Shown here: positions 1 through 9,524 of the stretch, in pieces
Position numbering within the stretch: the first letter of the stretch is position 1
Layout of the letters: every line of letters begins with the position of its first letter
Assembly (NCBI GenBank): GCA_965216565.1
Contig: OZ244170.1
Location: 3,040,001-3,104,000 of the forward strand
Reading direction: 5' to 3'
Length of the DNA: 64,000 bases
Source of the DNA: Bythopirellula sp.
GTDB lineage: Bacteria; Planctomycetota; Planctomycetia; Pirellulales; Lacipirellulaceae
Notes under the pieces: generated by a model
What the model saw: the letters and a program-made list of their open reading frames with translations, nothing else
Told to the model about the DNA's origin: nothing
Database searches by the model: none
Translations under genes and position numbers: made by a program

Positions 1-696
1 TTCTACCGGCTCTTCAAACGCTTCGAACGCATTACCAAGACCAACTTCTACGCGCTCACCGCGGCTACGTCTCGCGGTTCATCGTTACTCAAGGTCGGCA
101 AAGACCCAGCGCTCGACAAGGCAAGCGAATGTCGCAAGCGATTTCTGGCGGCAATGGACGACGATTTCAACACCGGCGGGGCCATCGGAGAATTGTTCGA
201 ACTCACGAAAATCATCAACCGCTATTGCGACGATGCGAAACTAGAAGAAGAAGGTGCCGGGGACGTTGCTGCTGAGGCGACACTAGAACTGATGATGACC
301 ACACTCAAAGAGCTTTCGGCGACGCTGGGGCTTTTCCTGAGCGAACCGGCTTCCGCAGGCGGCGGTGCCGGCGACGAGCTATTGGGGCAAATCATGCAGC
401 TCCTGATCGATCTGAGGGCCACCGCCAGAGAGAATAAAGATTTCGACACTGCCGATGCTATCCGCGATGGGATCGATCCATTAGGGATTGTCCTTGAGGA
501 TCGTGCCGGGGGTACTGAGTGGACCGGTGGCGGTGCAGACTCCGTTGAGGGCTTGATGCAGTTGTTGATCGAACTTCGACAGTCGGCACGCGGCAAGAAA
601 GATTTCGCCACTTCCGATACCATTCGCGATCGGCTCGGCGAGATCGGCGTCACGTTAGAAGACCGTCCCGGTGGTACCGAGTGGAGCAAGGCTTAG
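1..696 (+). CDS. cysS: Cysteinyl-tRNA synthetase, C-terminal part (5' truncated by window)
   Basis: Frame open from base 1; AMDDDFNT DALR motif; anticodon-domain motif R..AR..KDF..AD.IRD...GI.LED...GT.W present twice. Confidence 0.93.
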   Translation, partial: FYRLFKRFERITKTNFYALTAATSRGSSLLKVGKDPALDKASECRKRFLAAMDDDFNTGGAIGELFELTKIINRYCDDAKLEEEGAGDVAAEATLELMMTTLKELSATLGLFLSEPASAGGGAGDELLGQIMQLLIDLRATARENKDFDTADAIRDGIDPLGIVLEDRAGGTEWTGGGADSVEGLMQLLIELRQSARGKKDFATSDTIRDRLGEIGVTLEDRPGGTEWSKA

Positions 697-760
697 TCGC
701 TCAAAAAGACTTAGCATCCTCGCTTCGACACGATTGGAAATATCCCTTAGTTGCAATCGC

Positions 761-1252
761 ATGAGAATTCTTGGCATCGATCCTGGGCTGAACACCACTG
801 GCTATGGTGTGCTGGAGATTACTCAGCGCGAGCCGCAGTTAATCGAGGCGGGAGTGGTCCGCAGCAAATCGAAAGGCTCGCTCGCTGAACGCGTGCAGGA
901 AATTCATGACGGGGTCACCGATGTCATCGCCGCGCTACATCCCGATGTGATGGCCCTCGAGAAATTGTATTCGCACTACGATCGACCCACGACCGCCATC
1001 CTCATGGGACACGCGCGGGGAGTGATTTGCCTGGCCGCGGCCAGCGCGGGCATCAAGGTTAACGACTACGCCGCCACCCAGGTGAAAAAAACACTGACCG
1101 GCAACGGGCGTGCTCCAAAAACCCAAATGCAGCAGGCCATCGCCCGCGAGCTCGGGTTGTCAAACATTCCGGAACCTGCGGACGTTGCCGACGCCCTGGC
1201 TATCGCGTTCTGCCATCATTGTGTTAGCTTAACGGCCGCCCTGCAGAGGTAG
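761..1252 (+). CDS. ruvC: Holliday junction resolvase RuvC
   Basis: MRILGIDPG, MGHARGV, QVKK..TGNGRAPK, D.ADALAIA motifs; start moved to ATG 761. Confidence 0.95.
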   Translation: MRILGIDPGLNTTGYGVLEITQREPQLIEAGVVRSKSKGSLAERVQEIHDGVTDVIAALHPDVMALEKLYSHYDRPTTAILMGHARGVICLAAASAGIKVNDYAATQVKKTLTGNGRAPKTQMQQAIARELGLSNIPEPADVADALAIAFCHHCVSLTAALQR

Positions 1253-1283
1253 CCGCCTTGCGTTGCGTGGCAACGCGGCTAAC
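1249..1283 (-). repeat. REP-like hairpin, family A (TAG-CCG-stem-CAC-stem)
   Basis: Minus strand TTAG CCGCGTTGC CAC GCAACGC AAGGCGG. Confidence 0.7.
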
Positions 1284-1330
1284 TCTAGCTCCTGACCTTC
1301 AGCCTACAGACTCTAACCTCCAACCTCACC

Positions 1331-1954
1331 ATGATCACGAAGATCACCGGCACTCCGCTTTCGCTTTCTGGCGATACATTGACCTTGGCGGTGGGTGCCT
1401 TCGAATACGAAGTCTTTATCCCGGAATTCACACGGCGCCATTTGCAGGAAAAAATCGGCTCCGAAATCAGCCTCCATACGATCGAGTATCTGGAAGGCAA
1501 CCCCATGCAGGGCCGACTCACGCCCCGACTGATCGGGTTCTTAAGCTCTATAGAACGCGAATTCTTCGAGCTGTTCTGCCAAGTCGATGGCGTGGGAGTT
1601 CGCAAAGCACTTCGGGCCATGATTCGCCCTGTGCAAGAGGTGGCCCAAGCCATTGAGGATCAGGATGCCAAAGCCCTCAGCGGTTTACCCGGCATCGGCC
1701 CGGCAACGTCCGAGCGAATAATCGCCAAGCTGCGTCGCAAGGTGCCCAAGTTTGCGCTTCTGGTTGCCCGCGATGCTCCCCAGCATGCAAGTGTAGAACG
1801 CGATGTCATCAGCGAAGCCTACGAAGTGCTTCGCGCGTTGGGCCATAGCGAGGGCGATGCACATCGTCTTGTGGAAGACGCGCTAGCGCAGAAAAAGAAG
1901 TACAAAGACGTCGAGGCGCTATTGCAAGCCGTGTACCAACAGCGACAGTCCTAG
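1331..1954 (+). CDS. ruvA: Holliday junction branch migration protein RuvA
   Basis: OB-fold N-terminus, VDGVG and [13 protein letters not shown]hH motifs, C-terminal L.ALG domain; follows ruvC. Confidence 0.93.
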   Translation: MITKITGTPLSLSGDTLTLAVGAFEYEVFIPEFTRRHLQEKIGSEISLHTIEYLEGNPMQGRLTPRLIGFLSSIEREFFELFCQVDGVGVRKALRAMIRPVQEVAQAIEDQDAKALSGLPGIGPATSERIIAKLRRKVPKFALLVARDAPQHASVERDVISEAYEVLRALGHSEGDAHRLVEDALAQKKKYKDVEALLQAVYQQRQS

Positions 1955-1984
1955 GCGACCGATCGTGACGGCAACTGGCTAACG

Positions 1985-2704
1985 CTAGCTTTGCTCGGTG
2001 CTCTCTGGCTCGGAACCTGCCGACTGATCTCCCGCTACCTGGGCCGGTTGGCCGCTGCCACCTTTACCTAAGACGTAAGCGAGCAATGCCGATCCGCACA
2101 GCCACAGCATATCCCATTCGGACATGCTATTTTCGATCGAAGGCTTCTCGATCTTTATCACATCGGCTTGATCATCCAGATCGGAAGGTCCGCGATCGCT
2201 CACCGAAGCCTTGACGGACTCTGGCGATTCAGCAGGCTCAGTTGCTGTGTCAGCATCGTCTGCGTCAGCATCTGCGTCAGCGTCGGCTGCATCGGCATCC
2301 GAGTCGTCGGTATCAGCATCTGCTTCCTCGGAACTCGCGTCGTCAGCATCGGCATCGGCATCGTCTGTGTCAGCGTCAGCTTCAGCTTCGTCAGCATCAG
2401 AATCGGCATCATTCGCAGCTGCAACCCGCTGGGGTTGCTCTGCGCCTTCGTTGACACTCTTCATGTATTCGACGTAGCCGAACTGGGCACCCACGCAAGC
2501 GCCCAAAGCCAAAATCGCTGCCAACGCACCTCGGCCAAGGCTTTCGCCCGAGCCAGCACTAGCGCCAGAGCGAACAGCAATTCCTGTAACCAGCCCGACC
2601 AATAAGGCCATGTAGGGCCAACTTACTTGCATCTGGTGCTCAAGAGCCATCCACGCAACTGCCGCCGCTGCGGCTCCAATGATTCCAGAGATAAGCGACT
2701 TCAT
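1985..2704 (-). CDS. Hypothetical membrane protein with Asp/Ala-rich low-complexity loop
   Basis: Three N-terminal hydrophobic helices, (AD)n acidic tract, C-terminal hydrophobic helix. Confidence 0.7.
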   Translation of the reverse strand: MKSLISGIIGAAAAAVAWMALEHQMQVSWPYMALLVGLVTGIAVRSGASAGSGESLGRGALAAILALGACVGAQFGYVEYMKSVNEGAEQPQRVAAANDADSDADEAEADADTDDADADADDASSEEADADTDDSDADAADADADADADDADTATEPAESPESVKASVSDRGPSDLDDQADVIKIEKPSIENSMSEWDMLWLCGSALLAYVLGKGGSGQPAQVAGDQSAGSEPESTEQS

Positions 2705-3021
2705 AGAATTGCCTTAGGATTAGAGTCTTTTGAATAGCATGTTTGTCTTGGGAATGCTGCGATCGATTTCGTAGAACGACTCGCACGACTTGCATAGTAT
2801 TGAGCTTAGTTTGCTGAGGTATGTGGGGTCAAGACAAAGCCAGCCGAGAAGTCGGGAATACCCTGAAAAACTAAGTCAGCCCGGTATCGGTAAAGCTTGA
2901 CCAAACGTCTCAAAGTAACTCGACGGAATTCCCCGTAGCCCAACTTCGACTAGGATGTAACAAGTTTCAGACACGCGCTCCATCAACCTGTCGTCACTGG
3001 TCCCCTAGGAGTAAGGTCAAA

Positions 3022-3879
3022 ATGTACGACGACGAGCCAGCGGAAAACATCAGCCGCACTCGAAACAAATCAGGGGCATTGCGGCTGCTGAAGGCACTGG
3101 CGGTTACCTATCTACTAATCTGTTTGCTCATGATGTTTCTGGAAAGATTCCTGGTCTACCATCCTCCACCGGCGCGCAACGAATCTGCGGAGATTGAGGC
3201 CCTGGGTGGCGAGGAAGCTTGGTTTACTGCCAAAGATGGTACAAACCTCCACGGCTGGTACTTCGCTCACCCTAGTCCGCAGCGCGCCATCCTCTATGCC
3301 ACGGGCAACGGCGAAGATGCCGGCCGCAACGCTGAGTACATGGCGTTCTTACGCGACCATCTGCAAGCGTCGATGTTTGTGTTCGATTACCGGGGCTACG
3401 GATTAAGCAAAGGCCAACCTCACGAGTCGGGGCTGATTCTCGATGGCATAGCCGCGCAGGACTGGCTCGCCGAAGAAGAAGGAATCGGCACTGAAGAAAT
3501 TGTGCTCTTCGGGCGCTCCCTGGGCGGCGGCGTGATGGTGGCTGTGGCCGAGAAGCAAGGTGCGCAAGGGCTCATCATCCACAGTTCATTTGCCAACATG
3601 GTCGACGTCGGAGCTTCCCACTATCCCTGGTTGCCGGTGCGATGGCTGATGAAGAACAGATTCGAGTCTGAAGATCGCATCAAAAAATACACGGGGCCTT
3701 TGCTGCAAATCCACGGCACGGCCGATGGGATCGTGCCGCTGCATATGGCCAAACCTCTTTTCGATGCCGCACCGACGGATGAGAAACAGTTTATCGAAGT
3801 TCTCGATGGCACTCACAACGAAGCCCTCACCGAAGAGGCGCTCAACCAAATCGCAGACTTCTTGAAGCGAGTGTCTTAG
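3022..3879 (+). CDS. Alpha/beta hydrolase (ABHD-like), membrane anchored
   Basis: DYRGYG, GRSLGG nucleophile elbow, HGTADGIVP, terminal His (GTHN). Confidence 0.88.
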   Translation: MYDDEPAENISRTRNKSGALRLLKALAVTYLLICLLMMFLERFLVYHPPPARNESAEIEALGGEEAWFTAKDGTNLHGWYFAHPSPQRAILYATGNGEDAGRNAEYMAFLRDHLQASMFVFDYRGYGLSKGQPHESGLILDGIAAQDWLAEEEGIGTEEIVLFGRSLGGGVMVAVAEKQGAQGLIIHSSFANMVDVGASHYPWLPVRWLMKNRFESEDRIKKYTGPLLQIHGTADGIVPLHMAKPLFDAAPTDEKQFIEVLDGTHNEALTEEALNQIADFLKRVS

Positions 3880-3903
3880 CGGCTCTGTGTCATCCGGAAT
3901 GCA

Positions 3904-5019
3904 TTAAACCGTTACCATCGTCTCGGGCATCTCGCGCAAGAACAGATAAACCATGACCACCAAGCCGATTGCTTCGGGAACTAGCTTATCCAGTGCAGGG
4001 CTCCAGCCTAGTTGGCTACTGAGATAAACGAACGTAGCCGCGGTGAGCACCGAGACGCCAAACAGGAATGTCGCAGAAAGGCTCACGACATCCTTGCCGG
4101 TCCCGCGCAGGTCGCGTAGTTCACGAAAAAACTGATACACGACCAAGGCAAAGATGATCGTGGTACAGATGGAATATTCTGCCAGCGCCGGCACTGCGAT
4201 AAAGGCGTCGTACAGCCCGTGGGCGATTACCGCCAGTCCGAACGTGGCCAGTGCATGGGGCCCCCAACCACTGGGGTTACGCAGGCCCCGATAACAGGCC
4301 AACCCGACTAGCCCTGTCAATGACATATGCATGGGGTTAGCCGTCAAGAAGCGACCCAGCGCATCGGAACCGGCTGATCTCGAAAAGTTGATGCTGTTTT
4401 CCTCCAGTGCAAAACCCAAGCCAACGCACGCTGAGACAATTAACGCAACAATCTCGCAACGCATTCGCACAAGAAGAGGCATGAGAGGAAGCAAACAGAG
4501 GAGCTTCGCTAACTCTTCGCGCAAGCCAACTCCAGCGATGTAGTGCCGCAGCCCACCGACCAACGACGAGCTGTCTTTCAAACCCCATCGAAACTCTTGC
4601 CAGTAAATAAAAAAGAACGTGGGCCAGACACTCAATACGCCTAGCGCTACGCCGGCCAGTGCAAGCCATGTCCGAGAGCCGAGCCAACTCTGCGGTCGCA
4701 TCACTTGCCAAAGAAACGCCAACCAGCAACAGCCGGTGATCGCCGCAAGTGCCAGGGGGCCTGTCTTGCCGACTGTTTCCCACAATCTGGACGGAATCTT
4801 CCACCACAGCTCCTGCCATTGCCCGGCTGATGCCATTTCATCGAGTGCGTCCCAGGGGTTGGCTGTGTCCTCAACTTTCGCCATCTCCGACCCTCGCTCC
4901 ACCGGCGAACCCTGGACGACATAGCCGATCACAACCCCGAGGCCGATAATGATCAACACCATCCGCCAGAGGAATGCCGGTTGGCGGGATTTTGTCTCGA
5001 GCTTTCGTTTCCAATTCAT
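3904..5019 (-). CDS. PrsW-family intramembrane glutamic/metalloprotease
   Basis: REELAK, GLGFALEEN, H..LTG, HGLYD motifs; multi-TM; start taken at MNWKRK. Confidence 0.82.
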   Translation of the reverse strand: MNWKRKLETKSRQPAFLWRMVLIIIGLGVVIGYVVQGSPVERGSEMAKVEDTANPWDALDEMASAGQWQELWWKIPSRLWETVGKTGPLALAAITGCCWLAFLWQVMRPQSWLGSRTWLALAGVALGVLSVWPTFFFIYWQEFRWGLKDSSSLVGGLRHYIAGVGLREELAKLLCLLPLMPLLVRMRCEIVALIVSACVGLGFALEENSINFSRSAGSDALGRFLTANPMHMSLTGLVGLACYRGLRNPSGWGPHALATFGLAVIAHGLYDAFIAVPALAEYSICTTIIFALVVYQFFRELRDLRGTGKDVVSLSATFLFGVSVLTAATFVYLSSQLGWSPALDKLVPEAIGLVVMVYLFLREMPETMVTV

Positions 5020-5286
5020 AGCAGCAACTGCCTGAGATCGTTTTGCTTTGCGGAATAGCAGTAGTGTAGCAAGGCCCGGCCAACAGATTGAGGCTTCGTG
5101 CCTAGAGACATCCGCCGGGGGATATTTCTCGGTTTCCGCCCTCCAGCAGAATCTGATATAGTGTGCGGCATTGGAGTACATCCGTTCAGATTCAGGCTGG
5201 AGACTTCGAGGCGGGGAGGCCTTGAGGAGAGTCAGCCCCCCCGAACCCCACAAAGCCTACAGCCTCAAAGCCTCCAGCCTAAAAAA

Positions 5287-6384
5287 ATGTCCCGCGAACC
5301 CATACTCTCCACCGACGACGTGCAGGCGAAGGCAGCTACCGAGCAAGCCGCGTCGCTGAGCTTGGAAGAGGATCAAGCGCTGCGTCCGCAACGCATGGAG
5401 GAGATGGTTGGCCAACGGGAAGTTTACGAACGGTTGAAGATCGCTGTCGACGCCGCCCAAATTCGCGAAGAACCTCTGGGACATGTTCTGCTCGATGGGC
5501 CACCGGGTCTTGGCAAAACAACATTCGCCACTTGCATTCCACGAGCCCTCAACGTGCCGTTGCAGATTGCCAGCGGGGCTGCGTTGGCCGCTCCCAAAGA
5601 CTTGCTGCCCTACCTCAGCAATGCCGAGGGCGGTTCGGTTCTATTTATCGACGAGATTCATCGTCTGCCCAAGGCCGTCGAAGAATTTATGTACCCGGCA
5701 ATGGAAGATTTTCGCATCGACATTACGCTTGGCGAAGGAGTCAGCGCGCGAACGATCAATATGAAGCTGCAGCCGTTCACCATGATCGGCGCCACCACCC
5801 GCAGCGGTTTACTCTCCGCCCCTTTACGCGATCGCTTTCAAGTCCGGGAGCATTTGGAATTCTATTCGCACGACGAACTTACTGAGATCGTCCGCCGCAA
5901 TGCCAAGAAACTACGGATAGCCATCGACGACGATGCAGCGCTCAAGATTGCTCATTGCAGTCGCGGCACGCCCCGGGTGGCGAACAATCGGTTGCGGTGG
6001 GTCCGCGACTATGCCACCAGTCGAGCCGATGGCGAGATCACCTTGGCCGTTGCCAACGAAGCACTCGGCATGCTGGGCGTCGACCAACTCGGCCTCGACG
6101 GCCAGGACCGTAAGTACCTGGAGACCATCCTCCGCGTATTCCACGGCGGACCCGTGGGCGTGGAAGCGGTTGCCCATACACTTAATACGGCGACCGACAC
6201 GCTGACCGACGAAGTGGAGCCTTTCCTCTTGCGAGCAGAACTTGTGATCCGCACGCCGCGTGGTCGCAAACTCACGACTGCCGGCTATCACCACCTGGGA
6301 GCCGAACCTCCGGAACGTCCCGGTGGCCCTCATTTCAATGCGGACTCTCAGCCAGAGTCTTCGGACCAGCCGCTGTTTGAGTAG
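5287..6384 (+). CDS. ruvB: Holliday junction helicase RuvB
   Basis: LRP, GPPGLGKTT Walker A, FIDEIHRL Walker B, GATTR.G.L..PLRDRF, RTPRGR. Confidence 0.97.
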   Translation: MSREPILSTDDVQAKAATEQAASLSLEEDQALRPQRMEEMVGQREVYERLKIAVDAAQIREEPLGHVLLDGPPGLGKTTFATCIPRALNVPLQIASGAALAAPKDLLPYLSNAEGGSVLFIDEIHRLPKAVEEFMYPAMEDFRIDITLGEGVSARTINMKLQPFTMIGATTRSGLLSAPLRDRFQVREHLEFYSHDELTEIVRRNAKKLRIAIDDDAALKIAHCSRGTPRVANNRLRWVRDYATSRADGEITLAVANEALGMLGVDQLGLDGQDRKYLETILRVFHGGPVGVEAVAHTLNTATDTLTDEVEPFLLRAELVIRTPRGRKLTTAGYHHLGAEPPERPGGPHFNADSQPESSDQPLFE

Positions 6385-7063
6385 GCGAGTCCCTCTGCCA
6401 AAGCCACACAAACACCGGCGCTAGGGCTAAGGCCGCCCATTGGTAGCCGGTGAGCCCGAACCAGAGCTCTACCTCGGGGCGAATGAATTCCGTCAGAAAT
6501 CGGTAGCACAGATAGGCCAAGATGTAGAGCTTAATTAGCTGGCCGCGAAACTGACCGCGCGAACGCAGCCAGGCAAGCACCAGCGCGGCAGTCAAATGAA
6601 ACGCTGTTTCGTAGAGCTGCGTTGGATGCCGGGGCTGCGAGTCGATTGCCGGAAAAACGATACCCCAGGGCAATTGGGTCGGCGTGCCATAGCAGCAACC
6701 ACCGACGAAGCAGGCCAGTCGGCCGATGCCTACTGCGACCGCTACCGGCACGGCGAACGAGTCGCCCGTCTTCACATGAATCCCCAGCGACCACTTGGCC
6801 ACTTCTACGCCAAAGTATCCGCCCACCAAACCACACAGAATCGTTTTGCCGTCGGAAAACCAAGCCATGCCGCTGAGCATGCCTTCCCAGTCGGCCAGCA
6901 CAAAAGGCAACTTAGCTCCCAGCATCGCTCCACAAAAGGCACCGAGCCCCACGCCCAGTTTCTCGCTCTTAGAGAGTGGCAGCGTCTGCTGCGAGCCACG
7001 GCTCAAATACACCCCCGCCCCAACGGCCAGCATCATGATCAATGTGTAGTAAGGAGTAAGCAT
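6335..7063 (-). CDS. Prolipoprotein diacylglyceryl transferase (Lgt) family paralog
   Basis: GRLACFVGGCCYG, LPWGIVF, HPTQLYE, YRFLTEFIR; GKTILCG in place of canonical GMSFHGG. Confidence 0.85.
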   Translation of the reverse strand: MLTPYYTLIMMLAVGAGVYLSRGSQQTLPLSKSEKLGVGLGAFCGAMLGAKLPFVLADWEGMLSGMAWFSDGKTILCGLVGGYFGVEVAKWSLGIHVKTGDSFAVPVAVAVGIGRLACFVGGCCYGTPTQLPWGIVFPAIDSQPRHPTQLYETAFHLTAALVLAWLRSRGQFRGQLIKLYILAYLCYRFLTEFIRPEVELWFGLTGYQWAALALAPVFVWLWQRDSPTQTAAGPKTLAESPH

Positions 7064-7068
7064 GGCAA

Positions 7069-8610
7069 TTAACTCATCGAAATCGCGGCCTGCTGCTTAG
7101 CCCCATCCACCAACGGAGGCAAAGGCACGTGCCCCTCGCGGTACAACACGTTGTAGGCAGAAAACGGAATCACATGCCCGCTCGGCAACACGTGATGGAC
7201 GCACGACTTCATCAACTGACGAACATCGAAGTTGTAGGCATCCATGAATGAGGTGGTGGTCACCCGGAACACATCCTCGGGGTCCAAGTCTTCGGCCATG
7301 GCCCGACGGAAGAAGTCTTCGCCAATGGCCAGCGACCGCTCGTCCGGAGGGGCGGAAGGCGAGCTTGCTCCAAGTCCCCCTCCCCGGGATGCGCCAGAGG
7401 CGGCTTCTTGGTCATTCGGATTATCCTTAACACCATCGATCTGCACCAGTTGCCCGTCACCACCACAACTGCCATCCGCACAGCAGGAGATCCGCGAAAG
7501 ATACTTGCTTACCAACACACTCGCCCGCTGCCGGTTAAAAGTAATCCGCCCCGCAAGCAGATCGAGATGGTTGGCCAAATCGACAAACCGGGCCAGCGGC
7601 AGAAAATCCTCGCCGCTGCGATACGCGTACGCCAGCGAATGACCATTGGGATGCGCACAAGGCAGCGGTGAGAAATCTGATTCCTGCCAGTAGCTAGGAG
7701 ATTGCTCGACTAGGTGGTGGAACACATCGGGAAACGTCACCCTTCGTTCCAATTCTGCGGGCAACACATATCGGCCCACATAAGTAGCCGGCTGGAAACT
7801 AACGCCCGTCACCCAAGGCCGACGCACGCCGAAATCGACGATCGGCCCAATCTGACCTTCATTCACCCCAGCCTGCAGTGTGCAAACCAGCGTCGTCCGC
7901 AGCCCCGCTTCGCCCAGCTTTTCGATCGCCTTCAGTTTGATCTCCAGCAACGACTCGCCGCGGAGTGCGAGCGAGCTATCTTCGTTCAGCCCATCGAACT
8001 GCAAATAGATTTCCGCGCGGTGCTTGAGCGCCGCCACTCGTTCCAGGAATTCTTGGTCGTGCGCTAGCCGGATCCCATTGGTATTGATCATCACAATGTC
8101 GATGGGCTGCGCGCAAGCGTACTCGAAGATTTCGAAAAAATTGGGATGGATCGTCGGTTCACCGCCGGAGAGTTGCAAAATCTCTGGCTGTCCCTCGACC
8201 TCCACCAGCCGATCGATCGCCCGCCGACATTCGTCCACAGTCAAATGATTCCCGCCCGGGCCGCTGGCCGCAAAGCACATGGGGCAATCGAGATTGCAGG
8301 CCGAGGTGATCTCCAACAACCCCAGACACGTGTGCTGCTCGTGTTCCGTGCAAAGCCCACAATCGAACGGGCAGCCCTGCGTTGGTTCTACACCAAACTT
8401 CTCCGGCACCTTACCTGGCAAACTATAATCGTGCCGATCGAACCACCGCGCATCGCTACAAACAAAATCCTCCCGTGGCCCATGCTCGCGGCAATGTTTA
8501 CGGAAATACACGCGCCCCTCACGCTCCACAATCTTCGCCGGCAACAACTCCAAGCACTCCGGACAGAGACTTTGTGTGGAGCCGAGGTACGTATAGTCGC
8601 GGTATTTCAT
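7069..8610 (-). CDS. Radical SAM protein, tetraether synthase (Tes/GDGT-MAS, MJ0619)-like
   Basis: N-terminal CPEC...C.EHG metal site, GCPFDCGLC.EH..HTC, CNLDCPMC rSAM motif, SGGEPT, YLQFDG, C-terminal FMDAYNFD..SC.H...G..IPF..YN. Confidence 0.85.
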   Translation of the reverse strand: MKYRDYTYLGSTQSLCPECLELLPAKIVEREGRVYFRKHCREHGPREDFVCSDARWFDRHDYSLPGKVPEKFGVEPTQGCPFDCGLCTEHEQHTCLGLLEITSACNLDCPMCFAASGPGGNHLTVDECRRAIDRLVEVEGQPEILQLSGGEPTIHPNFFEIFEYACAQPIDIVMINTNGIRLAHDQEFLERVAALKHRAEIYLQFDGLNEDSSLALRGESLLEIKLKAIEKLGEAGLRTTLVCTLQAGVNEGQIGPIVDFGVRRPWVTGVSFQPATYVGRYVLPAELERRVTFPDVFHHLVEQSPSYWQESDFSPLPCAHPNGHSLAYAYRSGEDFLPLARFVDLANHLDLLAGRITFNRQRASVLVSKYLSRISCCADGSCGGDGQLVQIDGVKDNPNDQEAASGASRGGGLGASSPSAPPDERSLAIGEDFFRRAMAEDLDPEDVFRVTTTSFMDAYNFDVRQLMKSCVHHVLPSGHVIPFSAYNVLYREGHVPLPPLVDGAKQQAAISMS

Positions 8611-8858
8611 TCTTCGTCCTTGGGCTTTCTAAAGAATTTTTGGACTTTATTGGCTACGAACAACGCAACGACTGCACCAAGAGGAAACCCAAGAAACAAG
8701 CCGTATCCGATTGTGATTCCGGCATGATCCGCAGGGCCAGGTTTGGCAACTTCGACCGCAATTCTTGTGACCGAGTGACAGGTCGCTAAAAAAGTAATAT
8801 AAGCAGAGAATCCAGCCAGCAACCAAACTCCGATCGATTTCAGTACTTCACGATTCAT
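8607..8858 (-). CDS. Small 2-TM membrane protein with AYITFLATC motif
   Basis: ATGA overlap with rSAM start; two hydrophobic helices; basic C-terminal tail. Confidence 0.7.
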   Translation of the reverse strand: MNREVLKSIGVWLLAGFSAYITFLATCHSVTRIAVEVAKPGPADHAGITIGYGLFLGFPLGAVVALFVANKVQKFFRKPKDEE

Positions 8859-8892
8859 ACGGAATTCTTTCTCTGCGCTCTACGGTTATATC

Positions 8893-9459
8893 CTAACCCT
8901 TCTCCGCCCGTTTCTTCCTAAAGTGACGAATCAGAGCAAAGATAGAGAGCCCTCCAAAGGCACACATGCCGAGGCCCCAGATTAAATATTCCGTACCGCC
9001 ATGCCTGCTGTCTGTGGAAACCAGCAAAAGACATACACCGCAGAAAGTGGCAAACGCCGCCGCGCAAACCAGGACCGCAATCACCATGGCAGCCGCGAAG
9101 GAACTCGCGAACAGCCCCACCTTTTGCGCTGGCGATACCTTTTGCCCCCGCGCCTCGCTCTCGCGCACATTGCGAATCGTACGCACCAGCACCGGCACTG
9201 CCAGTATGCAGACCCAAAAGCCTAAACCAGGGCTAATCGCCACAATGCCGAATATCACCGACGCCAGGGTTAGCAGCAGCATCGTCGTTCCCAGCGAGAA
9301 TGAAAACTTATCTGGTGCTGACGCCGCCGACTCCGTGGTGACCACCGGCGCACCCAACTCCGTGGTCAAGTCTTGACCGCACAGCCAACACTTAATTTGG
9401 CCCTCTGTTAACTCACCCCAACATTGCGGGCAGACGAGCTTGGTGGATTCCGTAGCCAC
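8893..9459 (-). CDS. Zinc-ribbon membrane protein with AFATFCGVC motif
   Basis: CPQC..CWLCG ribbon, four hydrophobic segments; GTG start at 9459 with AGGA upstream. Confidence 0.72.
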   Translation of the reverse strand: MATESTKLVCPQCWGELTEGQIKCWLCGQDLTTELGAPVVTTESAASAPDKFSFSLGTTMLLLTLASVIFGIVAISPGLGFWVCILAVPVLVRTIRNVRESEARGQKVSPAQKVGLFASSFAAAMVIAVLVCAAAFATFCGVCLLLVSTDSRHGGTEYLIWGLGMCAFGGLSIFALIRHFRKKRAEKG

Positions 9460-9524
9460 TTGTGAATTCCTGTGAATAGTGTTTTTTTCGTACCAAGCTG
9501 CATCGATTCGATTAACCAAAACCC

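Noticed and set aside
6335..6384. 50-nt convergent overlap of ruvB and the Lgt paralog
   Set aside because: Involves only low-complexity tails; no evidence of function.
7069..8610. Calling the rSAM MoaA or a RiPP maturase
   Set aside because: No molybdopterin genes, SPASM motif or precursor peptide seen; the extra Cys motifs fit the Tes-like family better.
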